Below, one piece after another: positions 9,315-19,946 of a stretch of DNA of 64,000 bases. Position 1 is the stretch's first letter, and the number at the start of each line of letters is the position of its first letter. Source of the DNA: a bacterium (lineage in GTDB: Bacteria; Zhuqueibacterota; Zhuqueibacteria; Residuimicrobiales; Krinioviventaceae); NCBI GenBank assembly GCA_963693055.1, contig OY843751.1, forward strand, positions 5,408,001-5,472,000. The letters are read 5' to 3'. The notes below the pieces were generated by a model. It did not search any database, was not told where the DNA came from, and saw nothing but the letters and a program-made list of their open reading frames with translations. Position numbers and translations under genes: made by a program.

Positions 9315-11540
9315 ATGCCAAATCCAAAAATAATGACGCGTGGCAATATTATCTTATCTTTATCGCTAATATTAACGCTTACATTTTTTTCACTTTCCTG
9401 CTCAACCTCCGACACAAGGCCATCCGGTCTCATGTGCGAGTTGCTCGAGAATCCGCAAACCACCGAAATATATGACACTACTCCGGAATTCAGTTGGATT
9501 TTTAACGCAAAAACTCCCGGCAGCCAGCAATCTGCGTATTGTATTCAGGTAGCAACGGATAACAAGTTCTCTAATGCCGCAGACATCTGGGATTCCGGCA
9601 AAACCGAATCAACCCAATCGTCAAATATTGAATATGCCGGTACTCTCCTCTCTCCGGGTAACACCTATTACTGGCGAGTAAAAGCCTGGGACGATCAGGA
9701 TAATGAATTGAAATATTCAAAAGCTCAAGCTTTTACACTGTCAGACCAGGCCGGAGACCAATATAAAACCACTCGCTATCCATTGCAAACAACGCCTGTT
9801 GCTATTGACAGAATTGTCTACCGTAACGATGGAACGATCTTTCTTGATTTTGGCCTTGATGCTTTCGGAACGCTACAACTCGCATTTAAAAAGGTCAACC
9901 AACCGCAAACACTTGTAATTGCGCTGGGTGAAAAGTTAAAAACTCCTGACAGAATTGATCAAAAACCCGATGGCAATATACGCTATCGTGAAATTCAAGT
10001 TGAAATCAATCCCAAAACATCAATCTATACCTTAACTATCCCCCCGGATAAACGCAACACACGCGAACACGCCATCCTCATGCCGGAATATACCGGTGAA
10101 GTTTTACCGTTTCGCTATGCTGAAATCCGTTCTGCCAAGTCAGAAATTGACACCTCTCAAACCCGAATGCTTACCGTACATTATCCCTTTAATGACAATG
10201 CATCTTTTTTCGAATCTGCCGATCCGGTAATAAATGCAGTTTGGGATTTGTGCAAATACAGTATCAAAGCGACCTCTTTTTGCGGTGTATATGTGGATGG
10301 AGATCGTGAACGCGTCCCTTACGAAGCAGATGCCTATATCAACCAGCTTGGTCATTACTGCGTGGACCGCGAGTACAGTATGGCACGCTACAGTCACGAA
10401 TATCTCATTGAAAATCCTACCTGGCCTACTGAATGGATTCTGCATTCGGTACTTATGGCCTGGGCGGATTACATGTACACCGGGAATACAGAATCAATAC
10501 AGCACTATTATAATGACCTAAAAGCCAAAAGCCTGATGGTACTGGCAAGAAAAGACGGATTGATTAGTACCACTACCGGGCTGGTAACAGATGATGTTTT
10601 AAAATCAATCCACTTTGACGGGAATATGCGAGATATTGTTGATTGGCCTCCCGGGTCCTTTACGGAAGGTGGAACAGGTGAACGTGACAACTTTGAAATG
10701 ACCGATTATAATACGGTTGTAAACGCCTTCCATTACCAAACCCTGGTTATTATGAGCAACATTGCAGCCGCATTGAACAAAACCGATGAAGCAAAACAAT
10801 TTGCAGATCAAGCTAAAAAAGTTAAAACTGCTTTCAATAAAATTTTTATCAACAAAAAACTGGGAATATACAAAGATGGAGAGTCTACCAATCACTCTGC
10901 TCTACATGCCAACATGGTGCCCCTGGCGTTCAATATGGTCCCTGAAGAATATCTACCCACAGTTGTCGAATTTATTAAATCACGAGGCATGGCTTGCAGT
11001 GTTTATGGCTCACAATATTTACTGGAAGCGCTTTATAATGCAGGAGAAGATGATTACGCTCTCTGGCTTATGACCAATGACAGTGACCGCAGTTGGCCTC
11101 ATATGATTAACAACGTAGGTACCACCATAACACTTGAAGCCTGGGACTGGAAATACAAAAACAATCTGGACTGGAACCACGCCTGGGGAGCAGCTCCGGC
11201 AAATATCATCCCCAGATATCTGGTAGGTGTTCAACCGCTTGAACCGGGATTCTCAAAAATCCTAATCAAACCACAGGTTGGTGACCTTGAATTCGGAATG
11301 GCTACGGTACCGACTATTAAAGGACCGGTAAAAATTAAATTTGAACAGATTGTTGATGAATCTTTAACATTAAATCTAGAAATCCCAAACAATACTACAG
11401 CGCAGGTTTGGCTGCCTTCATTTAACAATCAAACAGCCGAGTTTAAAGTGGACGGTAACATCACAACCGGTGAGCTGGCAGGAAAGTTTATCAAGACTGA
11501 AATCACCGGCAATAAAACGCTCAAAATCTCTAAAAAATAA
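9315..11540 (+). CDS. Alpha-L-rhamnosidase (GH78), probable lipoprotein
   Basis: LSC lipobox-like signal, FN3-like N-terminus (YYWRVKAWD), DGDRERVPYEAD, TLEAW, NHAWGAAP. Confidence 0.85.
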   Translation: MPNPKIMTRGNIILSLSLILTLTFFSLSCSTSDTRPSGLMCELLENPQTTEIYDTTPEFSWIFNAKTPGSQQSAYCIQVATDNKFSNAADIWDSGKTESTQSSNIEYAGTLLSPGNTYYWRVKAWDDQDNELKYSKAQAFTLSDQAGDQYKTTRYPLQTTPVAIDRIVYRNDGTIFLDFGLDAFGTLQLAFKKVNQPQTLVIALGEKLKTPDRIDQKPDGNIRYREIQVEINPKTSIYTLTIPPDKRNTREHAILMPEYTGEVLPFRYAEIRSAKSEIDTSQTRMLTVHYPFNDNASFFESADPVINAVWDLCKYSIKATSFCGVYVDGDRERVPYEADAYINQLGHYCVDREYSMARYSHEYLIENPTWPTEWILHSVLMAWADYMYTGNTESIQHYYNDLKAKSLMVLARKDGLISTTTGLVTDDVLKSIHFDGNMRDIVDWPPGSFTEGGTGERDNFEMTDYNTVVNAFHYQTLVIMSNIAAALNKTDEAKQFADQAKKVKTAFNKIFINKKLGIYKDGESTNHSALHANMVPLAFNMVPEEYLPTVVEFIKSRGMACSVYGSQYLLEALYNAGEDDYALWLMTNDSDRSWPHMINNVGTTITLEAWDWKYKNNLDWNHAWGAAPANIIPRYLVGVQPLEPGFSKILIKPQVGDLEFGMATVPTIKGPVKIKFEQIVDESLTLNLEIPNNTTAQVWLPSFNNQTAEFKVDGNITTGELAGKFIKTEITGNKTLKISKK

Positions 11541-11671
11541 AATTCAAATTACATGGGGGAATTAATTGGGGCAGTAGATTCTGCAAAAATTTGAATTGGG
11601 GGTACTAATAAATGTTCTCTACTTGCTAGGAGAAATCAATCTATTCGCTATTGTACCAAAATGGGGCTTTA

Positions 11672-13468
11672 ATGAAAAAACTATTTTTCTTGACGATTGG
11701 TTTGTTTGTCTTAAATTGCAGTTCTGGAAAATTTCTGGACAATTCTCTTCTTGAACAGATTTCCAACCAGTCGTCCAACCAAAATGTTATCATCTATTAT
11801 CATCAACAATTTAGTGTTGATAAAAGCGTACATAAAAAAACCCATAGTATCTTTCAAATGGGCAGTAACAGAAATACCAGTCCTGATTTTTTTTACGTGT
11901 ATGACAGCTCGTTCGAAAAACTGACTTCATATAACGCCAGAATCATCCATAACAACAAAACAATCAAAAGCTGCAGTATCAAAGACCTTTCAAGAATGGG
12001 TCTAAGCAATACAAGCAGAATCTCTACAGCGAATGTATATATTGCACCCATAGACAAAGATATAAAACCGGGAGACCTTATTGAAGTCATTACCGAACAC
12101 GAGCTTGTGGCTCCTTTCCTGGGTTTATATTTTTCACTTGATCAAATCCCAATTCAAGCATCAAACATTTCCTGTTCATTTGAAATGCCTGCCAATCAGT
12201 CATTACACTGGCAAGTAGAGAATGATACAAAAACACCCAAAACTGATATTGTCGATGGAGTAAAGACATATTCTTTTCACTGGGATTCTTTTACTCCTCA
12301 AGATGCATATTATATTTTTGAACCACTCAATACCGAACCCACTATTCTTGCACAAATAGGTTCAAACGAATCCAAACTTTCCCCTTCCTGGAAGAATTTT
12401 GGTAATCAATACATTAAACTTGTTAAATCAAAACTTTTTTCTGAGCAATCAAAACCCCTGGCGCTTGAAATCACTAGAGAATGCAAAACAGATAAGGAAA
12501 AAATGGATGCTATTGTTTCGTGGTGCCGGGATAAAGTCAGATATGAACAGAATTATATAGAAAAAGGCGAGATCATTCCTCATGATATAGATACCATCCT
12601 CTACAACAAATACGGAGATTGTAAAGATTATGCATCTTTGATATACAGTCTGGCACAAAGCCTGAACCTGGATGCGAATTTAGCCCTGGTTTACAGAGGC
12701 CGTGAAAATCGTTTTTTCGATTTTCCGGTATCTCAGTTTAATCATATGCTGGTCCATTATAATCATAACGGACAGGATGTCTGGTATGATGGAACAAACA
12801 GGCGAGGTAGAGTTGATATTACCAACATTGATCTCATAAATAAACCGGCATTGATCATCCGGGAAAACAACTCGGAAATTAAAACTATCAATCAAGTTCA
12901 AACAAACCTGCTTGATATTTCCGGTAATGTCACAATCAAAGATAATGATCTAACAGGTCAATTTACTTTCACCCTTTCTGATCAATTTGCTATCCCTTTT
13001 CTATTTAGTGAAAAATACTATAAAACCAGTGACTATTATGAAAGAATCAATACCTGGCTGCACAAAAATATTACAGATAATTTTCGTCTTCACTCTTTGA
13101 ATCCGGTTTATAATGATACCACGATTCAATTCATCTGTGATTTGACAATACAGAATTGTTTTGTCAATATTAATGATTCCTATATCAGTAACCTGTCAAG
13201 AATATTCAATATGCTTTTCCCCGCAGATATTCAGGAAATCGATTCAGACGCGTTATACTATTATCCCTATTACAATCGCATTAATATTGATCTTGAATTT
13301 GAAGGATATCAAAGCAAAGACTCCAAACAAAACAAACTTTTATACGCATTAGATATTGATCCGGGACCGTTTACAGAATCATCAAAAGTTGTATTTATTA
13401 AAACCTTTCAATCCACACAAACCAATTTCACCAGAACAATTCAATTTATTAGAGGGAAAGTACGATGA
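11672..13468 (+). CDS. DUF3857/transglutaminase-like lipoprotein
   Basis: VLNC lipobox; GDCKD, FNH and WYD putative catalytic triad; start trimmed to ATG 11672. Confidence 0.75.
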   Translation: MKKLFFLTIGLFVLNCSSGKFLDNSLLEQISNQSSNQNVIIYYHQQFSVDKSVHKKTHSIFQMGSNRNTSPDFFYVYDSSFEKLTSYNARIIHNNKTIKSCSIKDLSRMGLSNTSRISTANVYIAPIDKDIKPGDLIEVITEHELVAPFLGLYFSLDQIPIQASNISCSFEMPANQSLHWQVENDTKTPKTDIVDGVKTYSFHWDSFTPQDAYYIFEPLNTEPTILAQIGSNESKLSPSWKNFGNQYIKLVKSKLFSEQSKPLALEITRECKTDKEKMDAIVSWCRDKVRYEQNYIEKGEIIPHDIDTILYNKYGDCKDYASLIYSLAQSLNLDANLALVYRGRENRFFDFPVSQFNHMLVHYNHNGQDVWYDGTNRRGRVDITNIDLINKPALIIRENNSEIKTINQVQTNLLDISGNVTIKDNDLTGQFTFTLSDQFAIPFLFSEKYYKTSDYYERINTWLHKNITDNFRLHSLNPVYNDTTIQFICDLTIQNCFVNINDSYISNLSRIFNMLFPADIQEIDSDALYYYPYYNRINIDLEFEGYQSKDSKQNKLLYALDIDPGPFTESSKVVFIKTFQSTQTNFTRTIQFIRGKVR

Positions 13469-15456
13469 AATTCAAAATCACATTCCTATCAATGCTTGTT
13501 TTAGCTACAATCACATTATCTGCAGAGTTTGCCAGAAATCTGCCGGAAGAAAAGCTGCAAAAAGTGCTCACACCCGAGAACTTTAAAAATATGGATGCAG
13601 TAATTATTCTGAAAGAACAGAGCTACACCGTACATGATGCAGAATACTATTACAGGGGCGTTGAACTCAAAGGAACCAGCACAACAAAAAATAATATAAT
13701 GCTGGTAAAACTGTTCAATGAAAAAGCAGTAGAACGCTATGGCACTTTTGAATTTAAATATCATGAATCTTTTGGTGATGAAATACCCAATTACTTTAAC
13801 ATAAATGTACGGGTATTAAAAGAAAATGGTGATGTCTGGACCATGCCTGACGATTATGTAAAACCCACAGTTTCCCGGGAAAACAGCATGGGCATTCCCC
13901 TTGCCAGAAAAGTACTGCTAAAGATCCCTGACCTGGGTGTGGGTGATATCCTGCAGCTTGAATACAGATTTCAAGACAGATTTTCAAAATATACCTCTGC
14001 TATCTTTACATATCAGGAGCGGGACTTTATACTCTATTCCAATCTCTATTTAACCTTGCCCTTTACATCTACAGCAAACTTTTATAGCTTTCCACAAGAT
14101 CAAATCGGCCAACCCGAGATTGTAGATCAAAAGCAGGCAGCCGGTGCCGGAAAAACCTACTTTTGGTCATTACAAAATTTACGGGGAATCAATGACGAAC
14201 CCCTCTCTCTCCCCTTTGAAAGTCAATCTTTGATCACCGCTTTTGTTATTGATAAATGGTCTCCTTCTGACTATCCATTTGCCAACTGGGAGAGACGTGG
14301 TGAAGAATTTTACAAAGACTATATTCAAAAAGATAATGTGAGTAACGGCAATTTGAAAAAGCTGGGTTTTGACAATTCAATTCAGGATTCTGACAAAACC
14401 TATGCATTAACAGACAGCTTGTATAAAGCACTGCGTCAAACTATTGTTCTGGAAGACTATAATTCTATTTATCCGCTGAGTGACGAGATCAATAGCATTT
14501 TCGACAAGGGTAAAGCAGACGCATCAGACATGGCTTATGCTATGTATAAAATTCTGGATAAATGGGACATCCCCTCCAGCATCGTCTGGCTGCGAGACAA
14601 ACGCGAAGGAAAGTTTGAAAAATCAGTACCCACAATACGATGGTTTGACAGATTGGCTGTATTGACAAACATTGGCGGTCAGGAAAAGTTGTATGATTTT
14701 GATTCCAGCATCCCCTTTGATTATACATTGCCCTGGTTTGACAAATCTGTTGAATTTGTTGTTATCGACAAACAAGGCGGCACTTTTCACCAACTCAAAG
14801 ATAACATTGTTTCCAGTAACAACATTACAAGCGAAACCCACAATATTAACTGGGATGAAAACATGAATTCCCAGGACCAAACCTCTTTGATCTTGAAAGG
14901 CTATGCCGCTGAGCAATTCAGAACGCGCTATTATGATATTGAGAGATCTGATATAGAATCCCGTTTAAACAACACTTTTCAAAAATATTGCTATTCAAAC
15001 ATTGAATCACTACACCTCGACAATTTTCTTGAAAACCAACGAATCAATATCGAGCTTTCAGGACAATCCAAATCCCTGGGACAAAAGATAGATTCTTTGC
15101 TTACAGTCAAATTACATAATCATTGCTTGAACAGCTATATTGAAAATTTTACAGCCCCTATTCGATTCAATCATATTGATTTCAAAACTCCCTTTCAATT
15201 CATGTTGAAATGGAATATAACAATCCCGGAAAATTATAAACTTGTTACTGCGCTTGAAAACAAACAGATACAGGGCCCCGGTAAAATGTATTCAAGCTTT
15301 AACTTTACCCAAAACGAAAACACCCTGGTTATTACAATGAATGTAAAGATTGAAGAAACACTGGTCCATAATAAATATTATGGAGAAATTCACAAATTCC
15401 TGCAGGAATCATTAAAGGCAGCTTCGATAGATTTGGTTGTTAAGCAAGCTAGCTAG
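13465..15456 (+). CDS. DUF3857 domain protein with degenerate transglutaminase core
   Basis: Signal peptide, DAVII, PDLGVGDILQLEY; GKADASD/FDR in place of GDCKD/FNH; ATGA overlap with the previous gene. Confidence 0.7.
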   Translation: MKFKITFLSMLVLATITLSAEFARNLPEEKLQKVLTPENFKNMDAVIILKEQSYTVHDAEYYYRGVELKGTSTTKNNIMLVKLFNEKAVERYGTFEFKYHESFGDEIPNYFNINVRVLKENGDVWTMPDDYVKPTVSRENSMGIPLARKVLLKIPDLGVGDILQLEYRFQDRFSKYTSAIFTYQERDFILYSNLYLTLPFTSTANFYSFPQDQIGQPEIVDQKQAAGAGKTYFWSLQNLRGINDEPLSLPFESQSLITAFVIDKWSPSDYPFANWERRGEEFYKDYIQKDNVSNGNLKKLGFDNSIQDSDKTYALTDSLYKALRQTIVLEDYNSIYPLSDEINSIFDKGKADASDMAYAMYKILDKWDIPSSIVWLRDKREGKFEKSVPTIRWFDRLAVLTNIGGQEKLYDFDSSIPFDYTLPWFDKSVEFVVIDKQGGTFHQLKDNIVSSNNITSETHNINWDENMNSQDQTSLILKGYAAEQFRTRYYDIERSDIESRLNNTFQKYCYSNIESLHLDNFLENQRINIELSGQSKSLGQKIDSLLTVKLHNHCLNSYIENFTAPIRFNHIDFKTPFQFMLKWNITIPENYKLVTALENKQIQGPGKMYSSFNFTQNENTLVITMNVKIEETLVHNKYYGEIHKFLQESLKAASIDLVVKQAS

Positions 15457-15458
15457 CA

Positions 15459-18400
15459 TTACTCATCCATATTCACATACTCTATTTTATAAGCAGGCTC
15501 CAAATCCAATCTTGATTTCCGGGGTCTGCTTAATTTTCGCAGATCACTGATCACGTATAATGCAGATGGCAGCATAACCAGGGTAACAAAAGTCCCGAAC
15601 AGTAAGCCAAAAGCAACAGACACCGCCATAGGGACCAGAAACTGACCTTGCTCACTTTTTAAAAGGATCATAGGAGCCAGCCCTGCCGCAGTTGTTATGG
15701 TAGTTAATATTATTGGCCTGAACCGGGTATTCCCGGCTTCCAGCAAAGCTTTCTCAACATCTACTCCAGACTTTAACAATTTATTATACTTGTCCAACAG
15801 TACAACAGAATCATTGATGATAATTCCTGCAAGAGCAATAGCTCCTAAAAAAGAGACAATGGATAAGGGCAATCCCAAAATAAGGTGACCAATTGTAGCG
15901 CCTACCAAGCCCAGAGGTATCAAAGTCATGACCAATATTGTCTGCATATACGACTTTAATAAAAACATCAATATCGTAAACATAACAACAAAGGCTATGG
16001 CAAACGAGTACTTGACCGAGTTTACCATCTTGCCAACTTCTTCTGCCTGCCCGCCGTAACTTCGATTCACCCCCTCTACCTGTGTTAAAATATCCGGAAT
16101 GACCTTTGAGTTCAATTCCTGCAATACTACACCCAGATCATTTTTATCATAATCCAAATCAGCAAACACGGTTACAGAACGCTCTCCATTTTCATGTCGT
16201 ATTCGGTTTATTCCGCGTTCAATATGATAATCCGCTACTTTTTTAAAGGGAACAAATTCACCACCGGGTGTTCTGACTTTTAAATTTTCAATCTGACTAA
16301 TCGCCATTCGATGTGCTTTATCAAAACGGATCCAGATCTTTACCTCATCCCGGCCTCGCTGCAAACGCATCACTTCTTCGCCGTAAAATCCTTGTCTTAA
16401 TTGACGTGTTAAATCCAGCAACGTAAAACCCAGGGCCTTGCCTTCCGGTTTTAATTCAACCACAAACTCGTTGCTACCCAATGGTGTATCATCACGGATG
16501 TCCCGTACTCCATCAATATTTCGCAAAGCATCTTTTAACAGATCTTTAGCCTTGTGCAACTGGTCCATATGCGGACTGGTAAACCGAACATTCACAGGTG
16601 ATCCGCCAAAGCTGTACCCACCGGTTATTATATTTTCAGCCTCGGGCACATCTCCTATATATTCACTCAATGCGTCAGAAAACTCGCCAATTGTATAATC
16701 ACGCTCATCAGCACCCGGTAAAACAAAAAATAATGTTATCCCTTCTCTGCCCATCCACGAGTTGTAATTCCTGATTGGGTATATGTTGCTGTTTGTTTTT
16801 TTCTGCCATTCTTTAGCAAAGGTCTGAACTTTTTTTACCAGGTCATCACGTAGTCTGTCTGCTACCCGGGCAGAAGTTCCTGCGGGCAACACAACTTCCA
16901 AATTGGCATAGGGAGGCTCTAATTCCGGAAAAAATTGCGACCGTATATATCCGCCCTGGTATAAACCAATCATGATCAATATGGTTGTTACAACCAGCGC
17001 AGAGATTGCCCACCGATTTGTTAACGAAAGTTTTAATACTTTACTGTAAAAATTCTGCAAACTTTTTGAGGCACGGTCCAGGCTTTTTTGTACTGGCTTA
17101 AACGATGCAACAGAAGCATGATGATGTAATGCCCGTGAATGAGATAAATGAGCAGGCAAAATAATAACCGCTTCAATAATTGAAAACAGTAAAGATACAA
17201 TAACTACAGTTGCCATCTGCCATACATATTTCCCCATATATCCATAAAAAAAGTAATACGGAACAAAAGCAACAATGGTGGTAAGAATTGAAATCATAAC
17301 CGGTTTAATAACATCCAGAGTGCCGTCAATAGCGGCCTGTATCGGCCTTTTTCCCAGTACTTCCCATTGGGTATATATACTTTCTGAAATGACAATACCA
17401 TCATCAACCAGAATCCCCACCACCATAATCATTCCAAACAAACTGTATTGATTGATAGAAATACCCAAGACCCAAATCGTAAAAAACATACCTAGTAATG
17501 CAATAGGTATACCCAACGCCACCCAGAATGACATTCTCAAATTCATAAAGATTCCCAGCATTACCAGAACCAAAACAAGCCCCAACAGGCCGTTCTGCGT
17601 CATAAGATCAATGCGCTCTTCCAGCTGATCGGTTTCTCTTATAAACGTGTCAAAATACACCAATCCATCATACTTAATCTGATATTCCTTTGCCAACTGT
17701 TCAGCAGTCTCTACTATTTCTACAACATCCTGACTGTTGTTATACATTACATTAAATGCTACTGCCTTTTTACCATTGTTTTCCGAATAGAAGACATTTT
17801 CCGGCCATTGTTCAACAATTTGAGCAATATCTGAAAGCAGCACTTTTTGGCCATCAACCGTTGATACAATTTCAATATCCTCCAAACCTTCTACATAATA
17901 AGACTTGTTGTATGAACGGATTAAAATCTGCTCTCGCTCAGTCACTACCGAACCGGATGAAATATTGATATTTGCATTTTGTATTGCACCAGAGATGTCA
18001 TCTATGGTCAGTTTGTATCGTTCAAGATCAAAGGGTGATACATGTATAACAATTTCGCGTCCCGGCAGACCCCAAATCTGTACATTCGACACCTCATCAG
18101 TTCGCAGTAAATCATCCCTAAACTCGGTTACTATTTTTTTCAATGTGAACAAATCATCTGGACCGTAAATGCTGAACATGATCCCGCGTGTCCATTGCTC
18201 TGCCTGTGAAATCACTGGCTTTTCAGCACCGGTGGGATAAGAGTTGATTGAATTGACAGCATTCTTGACTTTTTGCAATGCTTTATTCATATCGTAATCA
18301 GGGGCCATTTCAATATTGATACTTGCCCCGCCATCTGTCGATGAAGAACGGATTTCAAGAATACCTTCCATACCCCGCAAGCGTTCTTCAATTTTTATAA

Positions 18401-18593
18401 CAATACCTTCTTCTACCTCAATTGCAGATGCACCTGGATAAGGTACGTATATATCTATTTCTTCTATTTCAAACCGGGGATCGATACGTCGCTGAATATT
18501 GAACAAGGCAAAAATACCCGCAAAGCAGATCAGCAGCATAATCCAATTTGTGATTACAGAATGTTTGATAAAATAATGTATCAACGCTTTCAT
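15459..18593 (-). CDS. RND efflux transporter permease (AcrB family)
   Basis: YPGAS..EVEE, GILVDDGIV, GIIINDSVVL, TRFRPIILTT; 1044 aa. Confidence 0.95.
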   Translation of the reverse strand: MKALIHYFIKHSVITNWIMLLICFAGIFALFNIQRRIDPRFEIEEIDIYVPYPGASAIEVEEGIVIKIEERLRGMEGILEIRSSSTDGGASINIEMAPDYDMNKALQKVKNAVNSINSYPTGAEKPVISQAEQWTRGIMFSIYGPDDLFTLKKIVTEFRDDLLRTDEVSNVQIWGLPGREIVIHVSPFDLERYKLTIDDISGAIQNANINISSGSVVTEREQILIRSYNKSYYVEGLEDIEIVSTVDGQKVLLSDIAQIVEQWPENVFYSENNGKKAVAFNVMYNNSQDVVEIVETAEQLAKEYQIKYDGLVYFDTFIRETDQLEERIDLMTQNGLLGLVLVLVMLGIFMNLRMSFWVALGIPIALLGMFFTIWVLGISINQYSLFGMIMVVGILVDDGIVISESIYTQWEVLGKRPIQAAIDGTLDVIKPVMISILTTIVAFVPYYFFYGYMGKYVWQMATVVIVSLLFSIIEAVIILPAHLSHSRALHHHASVASFKPVQKSLDRASKSLQNFYSKVLKLSLTNRWAISALVVTTILIMIGLYQGGYIRSQFFPELEPPYANLEVVLPAGTSARVADRLRDDLVKKVQTFAKEWQKKTNSNIYPIRNYNSWMGREGITLFFVLPGADERDYTIGEFSDALSEYIGDVPEAENIITGGYSFGGSPVNVRFTSPHMDQLHKAKDLLKDALRNIDGVRDIRDDTPLGSNEFVVELKPEGKALGFTLLDLTRQLRQGFYGEEVMRLQRGRDEVKIWIRFDKAHRMAISQIENLKVRTPGGEFVPFKKVADYHIERGINRIRHENGERSVTVFADLDYDKNDLGVVLQELNSKVIPDILTQVEGVNRSYGGQAEEVGKMVNSVKYSFAIAFVVMFTILMFLLKSYMQTILVMTLIPLGLVGATIGHLILGLPLSIVSFLGAIALAGIIINDSVVLLDKYNKLLKSGVDVEKALLEAGNTRFRPIILTTITTAAGLAPMILLKSEQGQFLVPMAVSVAFGLLFGTFVTLVMLPSALYVISDLRKLSRPRKSRLDLEPAYKIEYVNMDE

Positions 18594-18600
18594 AAATTTG

Positions 18601-19749
18601 CTACCTGTTAATTGTACTGTTACGGAGACGCATGCCTAAAACAGGTTTCTGCAGCAGTGTTGTAACCAGCTTAAAACTGTCGGGCAGGGTATCGCTAATA
18701 ATTGCTACATCCTCCTGCTGAAACAAAATATCAACCTTGTATTGCGCTAAAACACTATCCTTCATCACATAAACAGTACTATCACGATTTATTAAATCTC
18801 TTGGAACAGACGCAGCATGACGAAATGTGCGTCCGGTAAATTCAACATTGACATAATTTCCAGGCAAAAAGGGAACGAGTAACTCTTTGTTCTGAAATGA
18901 AACGTAAACACTCAGGGTCTGTGCTTTCTCATTTAAATGGCTTGCTTTACGGGTGATCCTGCCGGGAATCCATAACTGCGGATTTTCCTGCGTAAATATC
19001 TTTACTCGGGAATTTTTCAGATCCAGCATCTCTACCTCCTGTACCAAAAGTGGTACAGAGACTTCCAGATTTACCGCATCCTGTAAACCAAACAAATATT
19101 GTCCCTGAGAAACAACACTATTTTCCATAACTCCATTAGAAATAATAAAGGCGTCAAAGGATGATCTGATCTTACATTTTGAAAGCAAAATTTCCTGGTT
19201 CTTGACCGCATAATATGTATTAAAAATATAGTTACTGCTAACCTTAAGCTTCTCCCGGGCATCCGTAATTTCAGGAAGATTGGGTGTAGTCTGATGAACA
19301 TTCAAAGTTTGAAAATAATTGTACCATTTTGCATAGATGTCTTTATCTTCAAGTTTTAAATCCGGAAGGATAGATGCTACAGCGCTTATAAACGCTGCAC
19401 GCATTACATAAAGTTCATTCTCCTGCTGCCGGGTGTCAACACTCAAGAGCAATTGGCCTTTTTTAACATGGGTACCGTTTTTAAGATTATTTTCAGCAAA
19501 TAGAACCTGCCCATTAACCTCTGAAAGTACGTTTAGCTCCCGGGCTGACTTTATTAAACCGTTGCCGTTTATTTTTATTGTATGGTTCTGGTATATAAGC
19601 TCGGTAGTTTCAACAAGACGTACAGTGGGTTTTGCGGATCTTTTTTGGCTGTGCATTTCATTGGAACCCAATATACCCATTGATACAATTCCCACAACCA
19701 GAATAATGACAACCGTTCCAATTCTGTATAAATATTTTTTACGCATCAT
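18601..19749 (-). CDS. RND periplasmic adaptor (membrane fusion protein)
   Basis: N-terminal TM helix, SEVNG..VKKGQLL lipoyl-like half motif, PGNYVNV; upstream of the RND permease. Confidence 0.88.
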   Translation of the reverse strand: MMRKKYLYRIGTVVIILVVGIVSMGILGSNEMHSQKRSAKPTVRLVETTELIYQNHTIKINGNGLIKSARELNVLSEVNGQVLFAENNLKNGTHVKKGQLLLSVDTRQQENELYVMRAAFISAVASILPDLKLEDKDIYAKWYNYFQTLNVHQTTPNLPEITDAREKLKVSSNYIFNTYYAVKNQEILLSKCKIRSSFDAFIISNGVMENSVVSQGQYLFGLQDAVNLEVSVPLLVQEVEMLDLKNSRVKIFTQENPQLWIPGRITRKASHLNEKAQTLSVYVSFQNKELLVPFLPGNYVNVEFTGRTFRHAASVPRDLINRDSTVYVMKDSVLAQYKVDILFQQEDVAIISDTLPDSFKLVTTLLQKPVLGMRLRNSTINR

Positions 19750-19906
19750 AACATATCCTGAAAATTTGATTATAGGTACAAATCAATCCATATATACAAG
19801 ATAATTAAATATACGTAAAAATCGTCCGTTGTTACCGGTTTAGACGTCCAATCCGCAAAATTAGGACATATCGAAATGTATTAAGGGAGTTAATTGCAGG
19901 ATAAAT

Positions 19907-19940
19907 AAAAAAAAGGCCCTTCCTGATGAAGGAAGGGCTT
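19907..19940 (-). terminator. Intrinsic terminator of glnN
   Basis: GCCCTTCCT/AGGAAGGGC stem followed by a T run on the minus strand. Confidence 0.85.
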
Positions 19941-19946
19941 GAGAAA

